Shown: positions 1 through 11,246, counted from the stretch's first letter. The stretch: 64,000 nt of DNA from Pelagibacterales bacterium SAG-MED31 (GCA_014653715.1 JACWEB010000001.1:84798-148797); one strand, 5' to 3'. Notes: generated from the sequence alone by a model not told the origin. A program made the numbers and translations.

Positions 1-1269
1 TATAACTGCAGATATTCCATTATTTGAAACTCTTACTAAAAGCTTATTTGAAACTAAGGCACGCATTCTTGAATGGTAAAAATGCTGATAAGGACCAACT
101 CTATTTCCAAACCAAGAATCATTTGTTATATTTATTAATATATCTATTTTATTTGTATTTATTTTTTTAAAAATTTTATTAAAAATTATTTCATAACAAA
201 TAATGGGAAGAATATTAATATTGTTATCTCTAACTAATCTTTTTTTGTTTCCTGATGAAAAATCTGTACTTCCAGTAATTTCTTCCATAAATTTTAAATA
301 TTTACGAAAAGGTAAAAATTCTCCAAAAGGCACAAGAATTTCTTTATCAAAAATTTGGATATTATTTTTTTCTAAAAAAAGGAAAGAATTGAAGTATTTT
401 CCATTATTCAGTCTAGACGAACCAATTATTACTTTTTGTTTATCCTTGATAAATTTGACTATATTTAAAAGATTAAAATCTTGGATCAAAAAAGGATAAT
501 TATTTTCACCAAAGACAAGGTATTCTGCATCTGAATTTTTAATTTTTCTAATTATTTCTTTTTCAATTAAAATTTTGTCAGGTTTATTTATGGGTGATAA
601 AATTTGAACAAGCTCTAAACTAATTATTTTACTTTGTTCTTTTTTATTTGGATTAATAATTAAAAATAAAATAACTACTATCAAAAAAGGAAGGTGAATA
701 ATGAAAATTAAAACTTTTTTATACTCTAATTTTGTTAAATTTATAAATAGAAAAGGTGAAATGAAAAAAAATAAAACTAGATAACTAGATACATAAATAC
801 CAAAAAATTTTAATAAATAAAAACCTAATAAATTGTTTGATAGTACTAAAGAATACGTAACCCATGGAAATCCATAAAATGTATTTGAAATAAAAAATTC
901 AATAAATAAAAATATAAAAGGTGTAAAAATTAATAAATAATAAACTTTAGTTATATATTTATAAGCATAAAATCCTAAACCAAAAAATAAAGAAAGAAAT
1001 ATTGGCAATACAATTCCTATTATTGCAAAATTTTCTGTTTGCTGATTTATTAAAAAGGGATTTATAACCCATGACAGAAAAACAAATAAAAAACCTAGGC
1101 CATAAAAAAAACCTATAGAAAAATAGTAAAGAAAATTTTTATTAATATGTATTTTTGATAATAATATTATTATATAGGGAAAAATAATGAAACCCAATGG
1201 TAACATAAAAAAAGGTGGGAATACTAATGCCGATAAGACACCTAAAATAAAAAATTTCAGTAAAATCAA
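1..1269 (-). CDS. lnt: Apolipoprotein N-acyltransferase (Lnt), C-terminus cut by window edge
   Basis: Absent from the ORF track because no stop lies in the window. Hand translation of the minus strand is open for all 423 codons from 1269 down to 1. It gives a multi-helix hydrophobic N-terminus, then LVPFGEFLPF, LPIICYEIIF (catalytic Cys context) and NITNDSWFG, which are CN-hydrolase/Lnt hallmarks. An in-frame TAA at 1272-1270 leaves TTG 1269-1267 as the first possible start, overlapping the corC TGA. This completes the conserved miaB-phoH-ybeY-corC-lnt order. Confidence 0.85.
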   Translation of the reverse strand, partial: MILLKFFILGVLSALVFPPFFMLPLGFIIFPYIIILLSKIHINKNFLYYFSIGFFYGLGFLFVFLSWVINPFLINQQTENFAIIGIVLPIFLSLFFGLGFYAYKYITKVYYLLIFTPFIFLFIEFFISNTFYGFPWVTYSLVLSNNLLGFYLLKFFGIYVSSYLVLFFFISPFLFINLTKLEYKKVLIFIIHLPFLIVVILFLIINPNKKEQSKIISLELVQILSPINKPDKILIEKEIIRKIKNSDAEYLVFGENNYPFLIQDFNLLNIVKFIKDKQKVIIGSSRLNNGKYFNSFLFLEKNNIQIFDKEILVPFGEFLPFRKYLKFMEEITGSTDFSSGNKKRLVRDNNINILPIICYEIIFNKIFKKINTNKIDILINITNDSWFGNRVGPYQHFYHSRMRALVSNKLLVRVSNNGISAVI

Positions 1270-2120
1270 TTAAGTATTTTTCTTATTTGAACAGTTAAGA
1301 TTTTTCTTTCATTTGCCCTCAAAACTTTAATCATAACTATATCATCAATATTAAACTCTTCATTATTTTTAGGTATTCTATTAATCTTAGAAAAAACAAG
1401 ACCTCCAACAGTTTCAACCTCATCTTCATCAGCAAAATCTAAATTTATACTAAAATGTTTTTCTAGATCATCAACTCTAAATGAGGCACTGACCTCCAAT
1501 AAATTTTCTTCTTTTTTAATAATTTCTTCATCTATATCTTCTGCATCATGCTCGTCTTCTATTTCTCCAACTATTTCCTCGACCAAATCTTCAATTGTCA
1601 CTAGACCATCAACTCCACCAATACCATCAACAACCAAGGCAATATGTATTCTGGAAGATCTCATTCTTTTTAATAACTCCAAAATTGGCGATTTTGGTGC
1701 GACATACAGAACTTCTCGAAGTATAGAAGTAAGATTGAAATGATTTTTATTTATTGTAATAAAATCTTTAACATGAAAAAACCCAATTATGTTATCAAGA
1801 TTTTTTTTGTAAACAGGTAATCTTGAATGAGACTCTTCTTTAATGATATTAAAAATCTGATCATAGTTTTGCTTAACATCAATCGATATTATTTCCCCTC
1901 TCGGGACCATTACATCCTCAACACTTTTACTTTCTAATTGAAGTATATTTTTAATTAAATTTTTTTCGTTATTATCATCCAGATTTTCTAATGTATCGTT
2001 ATTAACTTCTTCATTAGCTATAATATTTAAAATTTCTTCTTTAGATGAATTATCAATTACTAATTTTTTTATTAACCAACTTTTCCAAGCACTAAGTTTA
2101 TCTTGATTTTGTTCACTCAT
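1266..2120 (-). CDS. corC: CorC/YbeX-family CBS-domain protein with transporter-associated C-terminal domain
   Basis: 284-aa ORF. It has a CBS-pair region (VEDVMVPRGEI..., IIGFFHVKDF...) followed by a CorC_HlyC-like C-terminal domain. It sits directly after ybeY with an 8-nt overlap. Confidence 0.85.
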   Translation of the reverse strand: MSEQNQDKLSAWKSWLIKKLVIDNSSKEEILNIIANEEVNNDTLENLDDNNEKNLIKNILQLESKSVEDVMVPRGEIISIDVKQNYDQIFNIIKEESHSRLPVYKKNLDNIIGFFHVKDFITINKNHFNLTSILREVLYVAPKSPILELLKRMRSSRIHIALVVDGIGGVDGLVTIEDLVEEIVGEIEDEHDAEDIDEEIIKKEENLLEVSASFRVDDLEKHFSINLDFADEDEVETVGGLVFSKINRIPKNNEEFNIDDIVMIKVLRANERKILTVQIRKILN

Positions 2121-2598
2121 ACAAATAAGGATCTTGTATACCTAAATTTTTTAATATTTTTTTTTCTAAATTTTTCATTTTCAAAAAATCTGAATTAACT
2201 TCATGCTCATATCCATTTATGTGCAAAAAACAATGAATTATTAAATGTGTCAAATGATCATAAAAATTTATTAAGTTTTTTTTTGCATCCTTTTTAATAA
2301 TTTCAGCAGAAAAGAAAATATCACAATATGACTCATTTTTTAATTTTTTATTATTAAAGGAAGAAACAAATGTTAAAACATCAGTTGACTTACTATTATT
2401 CCTATATTTTTTATTTATCATTTTAATTTTCTCATCATTAACAAAAATCAAATTTAAAAAATAAGAGTTACTTTTTTTAAAACCACAATCATCAATCAAA
2501 AGTATTGCTGAAACAATTTTTTTTATTTTTTTCATTCGTCTAGACCAATGATTTGATTTACAGAAAAAATTAGTTTCTATTTTTTTCTTCATAAGCAT
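2113..2598 (-). CDS. ybeY: rRNA maturation endoribonuclease YbeY
   Basis: Zinc motif HLIIHCFLHINGYEH has the same H-x3-H-x3-H-x5-H spacing as E. coli HMVVHGSLHLLGYDH. It lies between phoH and corC. The start is uncertain: an alternative ATG at 2535 would remove the 29-nt overlap with phoH. Confidence 0.85.
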   Translation of the reverse strand: MLMKKKIETNFFCKSNHWSRRMKKIKKIVSAILLIDDCGFKKSNSYFLNLIFVNDEKIKMINKKYRNNSKSTDVLTFVSSFNNKKLKNESYCDIFFSAEIIKKDAKKNLINFYDHLTHLIIHCFLHINGYEHEVNSDFLKMKNLEKKILKNLGIQDPYLYE

Positions 2599-3523
2599 TT
2601 ATTATTTTTCTAACAACTGTATGTCTTACAACATCACTTTGATCTAATTCAATAAAACCTATATCTTCAATATTTTTAAGTTTTTTTGATGCGTCAATCA
2701 AACCTGAATCAGTTTTAGATATTAAATCAATTTGAGTATTATCACCGACAATCACCATTTTACTATTTTTACCTAATCTTGTTAAAAACATTTTCATTTG
2801 AATTTTTGTAGTATTTTGTGCTTCATCTAAAATTATATAACAGTTTTCAAGAGTTCTTCCTCTCATAAAAGCTATCGGCGCAATTTCAATAATATTGTTA
2901 GTAATTTTTTTCTCTACCTGATCATAAGGCATCATTTCATATAAGGCATCATAAATTGGTCGCAAAAATGGATCAACTTTTTCTTTAAGATCTCCAGGCA
3001 AGAAGCCAAGTTTTTCACCAGCCTCAACAGCTGGTCTTGATAAAATAATTTTACTTACCGTGCCCTGCTGAAGTGAAGCAACAGCTTTGGCAACTGCCAA
3101 AAATGTTTTTCCTGTACCAGCAGGACCATAAGCAAATACAATATCTTTAGAATTAAGTAATTGAAAATAATCTTTTTGATTTTGAGTACGAGGTAATATT
3201 TTTCTTTTTTTTGTTTGAAAAAATAGATCCATTTGATCTTGTGAATTTATTTCTAAAATTTTCATGCTTCTAGTTTCCATAATTTTATCTTCATCTATAT
3301 CAATTCCTTTTTTTGCTTCTTCAAATAATAATAAAATTTCTTCTTTAGTATTTTTAATTGATGATTTGGCTCCAATAATTTTTATTTTATTACCTCTATA
3401 TTTAATTCTTACATTATTTACTTTTTCTATTATGTGAATATTTTTATCATCTATCCCAAAAAGATTAGGGATATAATTATTATCACTTAATTCAAAATCC
3501 AAAGAGTAATTTATATTACTCAA
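2570..3523 (-). CDS. phoH: PhoH-like ATPase (YbeZ)
   Basis: Walker A GPAGTGKTFLAVA and Walker B-like ILDEAQN. Canonical position between miaB and ybeY. Confidence 0.9.
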   Translation of the reverse strand: MSNINYSLDFELSDNNYIPNLFGIDDKNIHIIEKVNNVRIKYRGNKIKIIGAKSSIKNTKEEILLLFEEAKKGIDIDEDKIMETRSMKILEINSQDQMDLFFQTKKRKILPRTQNQKDYFQLLNSKDIVFAYGPAGTGKTFLAVAKAVASLQQGTVSKIILSRPAVEAGEKLGFLPGDLKEKVDPFLRPIYDALYEMMPYDQVEKKITNNIIEIAPIAFMRGRTLENCYIILDEAQNTTKIQMKMFLTRLGKNSKMVIVGDNTQIDLISKTDSGLIDASKKLKNIEDIGFIELDQSDVVRHTVVRKIINAYEEKNRN

Positions 3524-4827
3524 ATTGAGCTCTCCAAAGCAAAATCAGTGGAATTAAGTATCTTCACCTTTTTAATAGTATTAATAAGATTTTTATCATT
3601 TTTAGTAAAAACACTCTGATTATATATTGACCGACCAATATATTGATTTTGGTATCTGCCTTTTTTTTCAAATAATATTTCCATACTTGATCCTACAAAA
3701 GATTTATTAAACTTTTTTTGCTGTTCTTTTAAAAGTGATTGTAATGCACTTAATCTTGCTTTTTTATCTGCGAGTGGAACATTATCTTTTTTTTGTGCAG
3801 GAGTACCAGGCCTTTGGCTATACATGAACGAATAAGCAATGACAAACTCAACATCATCTACAAATTTCATAGTCTCTTCAAAATCTCTATCTGTTTCGCT
3901 TGGATAACCTACAATAAAATCTGATGAAAGGGCAATATCAGGCCTCTCATTTCTAAGTTTATTAACAATTTTTTTATAACTATCTACTGTATGTTTTCTG
4001 TTCATATCTTTCAAAATTTTATCTGACCCAGATTGAATTGGAAGGTGTAAAAAAGGCATTAATTTGTGGTTAGTTTTATGGACCTTTATAAGTGAGTCAT
4101 TCATATCTATTGGGTGTGATGTCATATATCTAATTCTTGAGAGATTTTCTATTTCACTAACTTTATTAACCAAATAGGCTAGATTTTTTGATTTACCATC
4201 TAGACCTATCCCGTGGTATGCATTTACATTTTGACCTAGAAAAATAATTTCTTTAACTCCTTGAGTAACATATTTTTCTACTTCAATTATAATATCACTT
4301 ACAGGACGAGAAAACTCTGGTCCTCTAGTGTAAGGTACAACACAAAAAGAGCAAAACTTATCACAACCTTCTTGAATTGAGACAAATTCTGACACACCAC
4401 CAGCTGAGTTATAAAGTAAATTTTTAAATTTTTCGTTTTGAGTAAACTCATCACTTATTATTTTATCACTTCTATCTAACATGTCTGGTAAATTGTGATA
4501 TGATTGAGGTCCAACAACAAAATCAACAGATGGTGCTCTTTTTTTTATTTCTTTACCTTCTGCTTGAGCTACGCAACCAGCAATAACAAGCTTAAAATCA
4601 TCTTTTGATTTATTTTTTTTAATTTTATTAATTCTCCCAATATCCGAATATACTTTTTCTGCTGCCTTCTCCCTAATGTGACAAGTGTTCAAAACTACAA
4701 GATTAGCATCCTTAGGGTCTTCAACTTTTTCATAATTTTTATTTTTAAATAAATCTAAAATTCTATTTGAATCATAAACGTTCATTTGACAGCCATAAGA
4801 TTTAATATAGATTTTATTTTTTTTCAT
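3520..4827 (-). CDS. miaB: tRNA-2-methylthio-N6-dimethylallyladenosine synthase MiaB
   Basis: N-terminal UPF0004 motif SYGCQMNVYDS, radical-SAM CDKFCSFCVVPYTRG (CxxxCxxC), and a C-terminal TRAM-like region. Confidence 0.9.
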   Translation of the reverse strand: MKKNKIYIKSYGCQMNVYDSNRILDLFKNKNYEKVEDPKDANLVVLNTCHIREKAAEKVYSDIGRINKIKKNKSKDDFKLVIAGCVAQAEGKEIKKRAPSVDFVVGPQSYHNLPDMLDRSDKIISDEFTQNEKFKNLLYNSAGGVSEFVSIQEGCDKFCSFCVVPYTRGPEFSRPVSDIIIEVEKYVTQGVKEIIFLGQNVNAYHGIGLDGKSKNLAYLVNKVSEIENLSRIRYMTSHPIDMNDSLIKVHKTNHKLMPFLHLPIQSGSDKILKDMNRKHTVDSYKKIVNKLRNERPDIALSSDFIVGYPSETDRDFEETMKFVDDVEFVIAYSFMYSQRPGTPAQKKDNVPLADKKARLSALQSLLKEQQKKFNKSFVGSSMEILFEKKGRYQNQYIGRSIYNQSVFTKNDKNLINTIKKVKILNSTDFALESSI

Positions 4828-4829
4828 AT

Positions 4830-5300
4830 CTAATAAGTTTTGACCATTACTAAAGCGTCAATGTATTTATTTTTTATAAAAAAATAATTCTTTCTTGTGC
4901 GTATTTTTATAAATTTCATTTTTGTATAAAATAATATTCCTTCAGAATTATTTTTAGAGACCTCAAGATAAATTTTTTTCAAACAAATATTATTTTCTTC
5001 AATTTTATTTAAAAGTTTTGTTCCTAAGCCTTTTTTTCTAAAATGCTTACTAACATATATTAGTAATATCTCATATTCTGACATTTTTTCAATATTAAAT
5101 AGATCACCTAATATAAAAGAGACAAGATTTTCATTATAAAAAGCTCCAAATGATAAATTAGTTTTTTTATTGATTTGATTGATAATCTGATTTTTAGACC
5201 AACCCATACTTAAAAAATCATCATAGTAATTTCCTTCGTAAGAAATAAGATTCTTAAAAAAATTATCATCGTTCTTAGTTAATTGTCTATAATTTATCAA
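4830..5300 (-). CDS. rimI: GNAT acetyltransferase, RimI-like
   Basis: Acetyl-CoA binding motif FRKKGLGTKLL. Typical tsaB-rimI pairing with a 4-nt overlap. Confidence 0.7.
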   Translation of the reverse strand: MINYRQLTKNDDNFFKNLISYEGNYYDDFLSMGWSKNQIINQINKKTNLSFGAFYNENLVSFILGDLFNIEKMSEYEILLIYVSKHFRKKGLGTKLLNKIEENNICLKKIYLEVSKNNSEGILFYTKMKFIKIRTRKNYFFIKNKYIDALVMVKTY

Positions 5301-5905
5301 TTTAGTATGGTGTTATTTGAAATATATATAGGCTTAATTATTAGGTTATTAACAAATTCTAATTTGTTTAAATTTTCTATTATATTAATTTTAATTGAAA
5401 ATATCTCAGATTCAATTTTAGTATTAATAAAATTAGGTAAAGTAAAATTATATAATAACTTAGAAATTGACTCGGGTATTATGTACGACATATCATCAAT
5501 TTTTTCATGAATAAATTGATTATTTTTTTGATAGGAAAAAAATTTTTGTTTGTTTGATGACTCAAAATATATACCTATATGATTACTTGGTTCCAATAAA
5601 TGATTATGTATATTTAAAGTTGACACAGTTGAAACAGGTAAATTCATTGACTGACTTAATCCTGCTATAAATGATGCACCGACTCTTAATGAAGTGTAAG
5701 AACCAGGACCAATGGTAATAATTAATTTTTTTAAGTTATTTGACAATTTATATGCAGTATCTATCTCAATATAGGTAGGAATTAATAGGTCACTAAGTTT
5801 TTGATTGTTATTATCTATGATTTTTATTGAATCTATTATTTTTTTATCATTAATTAAGTGAAATTCTGGTATTGGTGAAGCTACATCTAATAAAAGGAAC
5901 ATCAA
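5297..5905 (-). CDS. tsaB: tRNA threonylcarbamoyladenosine biosynthesis protein TsaB (YeaZ)
   Basis: The motif ITIGPGSYTSLRVGASF is characteristic of the TsaB/Kae1 fold. It is followed by rimI. Confidence 0.8.
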   Translation of the reverse strand: MMFLLLDVASPIPEFHLINDKKIIDSIKIIDNNNQKLSDLLIPTYIEIDTAYKLSNNLKKLIITIGPGSYTSLRVGASFIAGLSQSMNLPVSTVSTLNIHNHLLEPSNHIGIYFESSNKQKFFSYQKNNQFIHEKIDDMSYIIPESISKLLYNFTLPNFINTKIESEIFSIKINIIENLNKLEFVNNLIIKPIYISNNTILN

Positions 5906-6919
5906 GTGTTTATTTTAAGAATATTATTTATCTTTTTTATATGTTTAAACATATCTAGTTCCTATGCAAGCAACATTAAAAATTCCGCAGTTGTATTTAT
6001 GTACCATAAATTTGGAGTATCTAAATATCCATCAACTAGTGTTACGATAAACCAGTTTGATGCCCATTTAAAAGAATTTTCAAAATCAAAATATTCTGTG
6101 AAGTCAGTTGAATTCATAATGGATACGATAATTAATGATGGTGATCTTCCTAACAATACTATTGGCATAAGCGTCGACGATGCCGATAAATCATTTTATG
6201 AAGTTGGGTGGCCAAAGTTTAAAAAAATGGGATTTCCAGTTACACTTTTTGTTAATACATCAACAATTCATGAAAATAATAAAAACTATTTAAATTGGGA
6301 TCAGGTTAGAGAGTTAGTAAATGAAGGTGTGTCAATAGGTGCACATTCTCATAGTCATTATCATATGGCAGATTTATCAATTGAGAAAGTAAGAAATGAA
6401 ATAGAAATTTCAAATAATATTTTTCTCAAAGAATTAGGAAGTATACCTCCTCTTTTTGCTTTTCCTTATGGTGAAGCAAATGAAGAAATTATAAATTTAC
6501 TTAAAGAGTATAAATTTAAAGTTGCCTTTGGTCAGCACTCTGGGGTTATAAATGAAACTTCAAATCTATATTATTTACCTAGATTTTCTCTAAATGAAAA
6601 ATATGCAGAAATAGACAGAGTAAAATTTGCCGCAAATGCAAAGGGATTGGGTATTTATGATTTTATTCCAACAGACCCTAGTATATCTGAGAATCCTCCT
6701 TACATAGGTTTTTCCTTACTTGATGAAAAATTAGCTCTTTCTATTGATTGTTTTATTTTTGATAGCAAAGGACAAGTGGGAAAAGAATTATTCAAATTTA
6801 ATGAACGCATAGAAATTAGATTAAAAAGAAAACTAACAGAAGGTCGATCAAGAGTAAATTGTACAGCTAAGGGAAGTGATAACCAATGGAGATGGTTTGG
6901 CCACCAGTTATATTTATGA
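5906..6919 (+). CDS. Secreted polysaccharide deacetylase (NodB/CE4) family protein
   Basis: GTG start and a signal-like N-terminus MFILRILFIFFICLNISSSYA. Motifs SVDDADKSF (Asp-Asp), the AHSHSHYH His cluster, and FAFPYGE. Confidence 0.7.
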   Translation: MFILRILFIFFICLNISSSYASNIKNSAVVFMYHKFGVSKYPSTSVTINQFDAHLKEFSKSKYSVKSVEFIMDTIINDGDLPNNTIGISVDDADKSFYEVGWPKFKKMGFPVTLFVNTSTIHENNKNYLNWDQVRELVNEGVSIGAHSHSHYHMADLSIEKVRNEIEISNNIFLKELGSIPPLFAFPYGEANEEIINLLKEYKFKVAFGQHSGVINETSNLYYLPRFSLNEKYAEIDRVKFAANAKGLGIYDFIPTDPSISENPPYIGFSLLDEKLALSIDCFIFDSKGQVGKELFKFNERIEIRLKRKLTEGRSRVNCTAKGSDNQWRWFGHQLYL

Positions 6920-7915
6920 GTTATTTATTAAATAACTAAATGCATCAAACTGATCAAACTTATTAGCATCAATTATAGCATTAATTGTTTTAATATAATT
7001 AATATCGGCAGCATATGAATCAAGCTTCTCAACTAATAATTTTATATTACTAAAGTTATTTTTCTCTCTCATCATCTCTCTGACTTCTCTAAAATCTTCA
7101 TAAGCATAGTGCGAGTTAAGGTTATTAAAGTAGGACTGAACACTTTTATCCACTGAGGTGAATGTCTTAACCATATGTTTTTCTCCTTTTTCTCTTAAAA
7201 GTGGGACAACCCCATCAGAATAATCATATGTGTATTCGCCAAATAATGCATTGAATTCTCTAGCAAATCTTGATGTTCCCCAACCGCTTTCATTTGCCGC
7301 CTGGGCGAGAACTATAGAATTAGGAATAATATCAACACGGTTTAGTAATTCATTTAATAAATCATATTTGTGTTTGTCAAAAGTCTTTATTCTATATTTC
7401 TTTGAAATCTTATTTAAAAATTTCAAATCAGTCTTAGATAAAGTATTTTTATCAATTAAAGAAATTCTCAATTCTTCAAGCTTTGATCTCTCTAATAAAA
7501 TATTTTGATTTTGGTATGAAATTAATGGCAGTAAAGTTTTAACAAAATCTTTTTTTGATTGAGATAAAAAATCTAAATTAATGTCATTAATATTTTGATT
7601 AACTATTTTTAATTCTAGCTCTTGATTTATTAGTTTAAATACATTTGGATTTAATGGTTTTTTCTTGAGGGAAACTAAAAATTTATTTGATTTATTAGTA
7701 TTGAATTTTTCATTTAAAATTTTCTTTTGGGAGTAAAGTCTATTAACCGTATATGAATCGTACGTAGTGCAATAATTTAATACAAGATCATCTAGATTTG
7801 CATTTAACTTATAAATGATTTTTTTATTATTTTTTGAGTCATCTTCAAATGCCGTTGTTGCAATAGAGGTCAAAAAAAAAGATAAAAAAGTAAATAAAAA
7901 TAAATTACGCATCAA
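6914..7915 (-). CDS. Bax-like protein with N-acetylglucosaminidase (glucosaminidase) domain
   Basis: Signal-like N-terminus. C-terminal LAQAANESGWGTSRFAREFNALFG matches the mannosyl-glycoprotein endo-beta-N-acetylglucosaminidase motif. Confidence 0.65.
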   Translation of the reverse strand: MMRNLFLFTFLSFFLTSIATTAFEDDSKNNKKIIYKLNANLDDLVLNYCTTYDSYTVNRLYSQKKILNEKFNTNKSNKFLVSLKKKPLNPNVFKLINQELELKIVNQNINDINLDFLSQSKKDFVKTLLPLISYQNQNILLERSKLEELRISLIDKNTLSKTDLKFLNKISKKYRIKTFDKHKYDLLNELLNRVDIIPNSIVLAQAANESGWGTSRFAREFNALFGEYTYDYSDGVVPLLREKGEKHMVKTFTSVDKSVQSYFNNLNSHYAYEDFREVREMMREKNNFSNIKLLVEKLDSYAADINYIKTINAIIDANKFDQFDAFSYLINNS

Positions 7916-8471
7916 CAGGTCTTACTTCTTGTACTTCTGGGATATAATGCTTTAACATATTTTCTATTCCCATTTTTAACGTAGCTGTAGAGCTAGGACA
8001 GCCTGAGCACGCTCCTTGCATCTTTAAAAAAACTACACCGTCTTCAAAGTCATCGTAAATAATATCTCCACCATCCATTGCGACAGCTGGTCGAACTCTT
8101 GTATCTAATAATTCTTTGATTTGTTTAACAATATCAGAGTCATCTTCATTTTTTTCAAGACTTTTTTCAGCTTCTTTTGCAGCAGTTTTTTCAACAGTTT
8201 TATCATCAGAATTAAAGTGATCAATAATTCCACCTAAAACTGAAGGTTTCATAACCTGCCATTCATAGGAATCACTTTTTGTTATTGTAATAAAATCGCT
8301 TCCAAAAAATACACCTTCTACTCCCTCAACAGCAAATAACCGTCTGGCAAATGGTGAATCATCAGCTTCATCAATATTTTGATAAAATGCCGTTCCTTCA
8401 CTCATAACCACTTTTCCAGGTAGAAACTTAAGGGTTTGTGGGTTTGGCGTTTGTTCAGTTTGTATAAACAT
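7905..8471 (-). CDS. Nfu/NifU-type Fe-S cluster scaffold protein
   Basis: Nfu_N start MFIQTEQTPNPQTLKFLPG and a C-terminal NifU domain with GACSGCPSS (CxxC). Confidence 0.85.
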   Translation of the reverse strand: MFIQTEQTPNPQTLKFLPGKVVMSEGTAFYQNIDEADDSPFARRLFAVEGVEGVFFGSDFITITKSDSYEWQVMKPSVLGGIIDHFNSDDKTVEKTAAKEAEKSLEKNEDDSDIVKQIKELLDTRVRPAVAMDGGDIIYDDFEDGVVFLKMQGACSGCPSSTATLKMGIENMLKHYIPEVQEVRPVDA

Positions 8472-8542
8472 GTGATTCTTATATAGTGATTAATGTGTCT
8501 TTAGTATGAAAATTGGTGAAAAAAATACAAAAATTTGGGATA

Positions 8543-9553
8543 TTAATCTCTAAAAAAACCAATTATTTCATAAATTTTTGATAATACAGGATCAGCAACA
8601 TTAATTGCCCGGTCTTTACCCTTACTAATAATAGAATCTAAATACTTTTCATCTTTCATTAATTTATTCATTTCAAGTGAAATGGGGGTTAATTTAGAAG
8701 ATGCAAGTTCCCCTAAATCTTTTTTAAATTGTGAAAATTCTTTTCCAGCATAATCAGCTACTGCCTTCTCAACTTCTAAATCATTTAAAGCGGCGTATAT
8801 AGTAAGTAAGTTTATTGCTTCTGGTCTTTTTTTTGCTTCCTCAATATTATCAGGCAAAGGCAAAGGGTCTGTTTTTGCTTTTCTAATCTTTTTTTGAATT
8901 TCTTCTTCACTATCAGATAACATAATTCTCGAATAATCTGATGGATCTGATTTACTCATTTTTTTTAAACCATCCCGCAGACTCATTACACGTGTTGCTG
9001 CTCCTAAAATTAGAGGTTCAGGAATAGAAAATATATCTGTCTTAAAATCACTATTAAATTTTTGCGCTATATCCCGTGTCAGCTCTAGGTGTTGTTTTTG
9101 ATCTTCTCCGACTGGAACATGAGTTGCTAAATAGATAAGTATATCTGCAGCCATTAAAGTTGGATAAGAAAATAAACCTACTGATACATTTTCACTGTTC
9201 TTCCCAGCCTTGTCCTTAAATTGTGTCATACGATTCAACCACCCCATACGCGCCACACAATTAAAAATCCATGCCAACTGGGCATGCTGAGGAACTTGCG
9301 ATTGAACAAACAAGGTATTTTTTTCTGGATCAATACCTGAAGCAATAAATGCTGCTGCAACCTCTCTTGTCTTTTGTTTTAAAATTTTTGGGTTTTGCCA
9401 AACGGTAATGGCGTGCAAATCAACTACACAGAAGAAACATTCAAATTCTTTTTGAAGAGAGACAAAGTTTTTAATTGCCCCCAAATAATTTCCTAAATGC
9501 AAATCCCCAGAAGGTTGAACACCTGATAAAATTCTTTTGCTTACTTTTTTCAT
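8543..9553 (-). CDS. trpS: Tryptophan--tRNA ligase
   Basis: Class I signatures: [17 protein letters not shown] (HIGH-type) and KMSKSD (KMSKS). Confidence 0.95.
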   Translation of the reverse strand: MKKVSKRILSGVQPSGDLHLGNYLGAIKNFVSLQKEFECFFCVVDLHAITVWQNPKILKQKTREVAAAFIASGIDPEKNTLFVQSQVPQHAQLAWIFNCVARMGWLNRMTQFKDKAGKNSENVSVGLFSYPTLMAADILIYLATHVPVGEDQKQHLELTRDIAQKFNSDFKTDIFSIPEPLILGAATRVMSLRDGLKKMSKSDPSDYSRIMLSDSEEEIQKKIRKAKTDPLPLPDNIEEAKKRPEAINLLTIYAALNDLEVEKAVADYAGKEFSQFKKDLGELASSKLTPISLEMNKLMKDEKYLDSIISKGKDRAINVADPVLSKIYEIIGFFRD

Positions 9554-9554
9554 T

Positions 9555-11102
9555 TTATTTTTTTAGATAATTTTTAATATCAGTAATTGTTAGTATTTTT
9601 AATAAAAATATTAATATCCCATAAATAACGACCGTAAAAATAATTGTCAGTAATAAATAAAATATATTCGTCATAGTGTTCATCAAGTATACTTCAATAA
9701 AAAAGAAGTTTTTTAAATACCAAGTAAGAACTATTATGCCCAATGAACATATTAATAATTTAAGAACATTGCTTAAAAATTGACGGTCTAAATTTAATGT
9801 CTTTCTAATTATAAGTATTATAAAAAGTAAAATGGCATTAATCCAAGCACTAATGGCAGTTGCTAAAGCAATACCCATCTCTCTCATCGTACTTATCAGT
9901 ATAAGAGATAAAATAATATTCATTACCACACTCACTATGGAGATATACAAAGGTGTTTTGGTATCTTCCCTTGCAAAAAAACAAACAACTAAAACTTTAA
10001 TTAATACATAGGCTGGAAGACCAAGCGCAAAATATGCAAGAACGTTGGAAGTATATAGCGTGTCTTCTTGAGTAAAGGCTCCACGCTCAAATAAGATATG
10101 AACTATGGGTAAAGATAAAATATATAAACCAATTGCTGAGGGGATAGATATTAATAGAGCAAATTCTAAAGATTTATTTTGAAGTTTAGTGGCTATCTCA
10201 TCATCAGTGGACTTAATAGCTTTTGACAAACTTGGAAGTAACACAACGCCAAGCGCAATGCCAAATATAGCCAGGGGTAACTGATTTAATCTATCCGCAT
10301 AATATAAATGACTGATGGCTCCAATAGGAAGAAAGGAAGCTATAATAGTACCTATGATGATATTTAATTGAATTACTCCTGAACCAATTAAACCTGGAAA
10401 AAATAATCGGAAAAATTTTCTTATCTTATCATTAAGTTTAGGAAATATAATTTTAGGTTTATAGAAATTAAGAGTAGATCGGTACAAAAATAAAAACTGA
10501 CCAACCCCTCCTATTAAAACACCGATTGATAAAGCATGGCCAGCAGAACTTACATACGGTGTAATAATATAAAGAGAGAGAATAAAACTAATATTTAAAA
10601 TAGAAGGAGCAAATGCGCCTGCTGCAAATTTTTCATGAACATTTAAAATGGATGTGAAGTGTGCTGCCAAAGAAATAAAAATTAAATACGGAAATATTAT
10701 TTTTCCAAAAAACACTGCTAAATCAAATGCCTCACTGTTTATAGAAAATCCAGGGGCTAATATTTGAATAATATACGGCATTCCAAAAAAGAAAATGATC
10801 GTTAAACTCACCGTAACAAATAGTAAAAATGACATAGTGTTTTCAACAAAGTCAGCTGCTTCATGGTCATCTTTTGTGTCAATAACAATACCTGAGATAA
10901 CAGGGATTAGTGCAGCGCTATAGGCCCCTTCTGCTAAAACACGTCGAAAGAAATTGGGAATACGAAAAGCTACGAAGAACGCATCTGATGTTACGGTCGA
11001 TCCAAGAAAGCGAGCTATTAATATGTCACGAATAAAGCCTAAAATCCTACTTAGGAGGGTATAAAAACTAACAGTAAAAAATGACCTAAAGAGTGACTGC
11101 AT
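9555..11102 (-). CDS. murJ: Lipid II flippase MurJ (MviN)
   Basis: N-terminus [34 protein letters not shown] is typical of MurJ. About 14 hydrophobic helices, 515 aa. Confidence 0.9.
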   Translation of the reverse strand: MQSLFRSFFTVSFYTLLSRILGFIRDILIARFLGSTVTSDAFFVAFRIPNFFRRVLAEGAYSAALIPVISGIVIDTKDDHEAADFVENTMSFLLFVTVSLTIIFFFGMPYIIQILAPGFSINSEAFDLAVFFGKIIFPYLIFISLAAHFTSILNVHEKFAAGAFAPSILNISFILSLYIITPYVSSAGHALSIGVLIGGVGQFLFLYRSTLNFYKPKIIFPKLNDKIRKFFRLFFPGLIGSGVIQLNIIIGTIIASFLPIGAISHLYYADRLNQLPLAIFGIALGVVLLPSLSKAIKSTDDEIATKLQNKSLEFALLISIPSAIGLYILSLPIVHILFERGAFTQEDTLYTSNVLAYFALGLPAYVLIKVLVVCFFAREDTKTPLYISIVSVVMNIILSLILISTMREMGIALATAISAWINAILLFIILIIRKTLNLDRQFLSNVLKLLICSLGIIVLTWYLKNFFFIEVYLMNTMTNIFYLLLTIIFTVVIYGILIFLLKILTITDIKNYLKK

Positions 11103-11246
11103 TATCTAATTTTATATTGTGAAGAGTGATTTGTATAAATTTTATTTGTGTCCCAATTTAGTTGAAAAGTAGTAAATCTATTGTTTTTTATAAGGTTGTT
11201 CAAATATATCCTTGAAAATATAGATTTCATTAGTATTGAGAAAGTA

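Noticed and set aside
203-499. 98-aa plus-strand ORF at the left edge.
   Set aside because: It lies antisense inside the hand-verified lnt reading frame, which has strong Lnt motifs. It has no motif of its own.
5283-7508. Short track ORFs 5283-5510 (+), 5962-6168 (-) and 7230-7508 (+).
   Set aside because: Each is embedded antisense in a well-supported gene (tsaB, the deacetylase, the Bax-like gene). They are low-complexity AT-rich translations.
11102-11230. A 42-codon minus-strand ORF (MKSIFSRIYLNNLIKNNRFTTFQLNWDTNKIYTNHSSQYKIR) whose TAA overlaps the murJ ATG (TAATG). It could be a translationally coupled leader peptide.
   Set aside because: The composition is low-complexity and AT-driven (N/K/I/Y-rich) with no recognisable motif or SD. 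An open frame of this length in a spacer could arise by chance, and conservation cannot be judged from one sequence. It is worth a glance only if the spacer is aligned for the micro-ORF finding.
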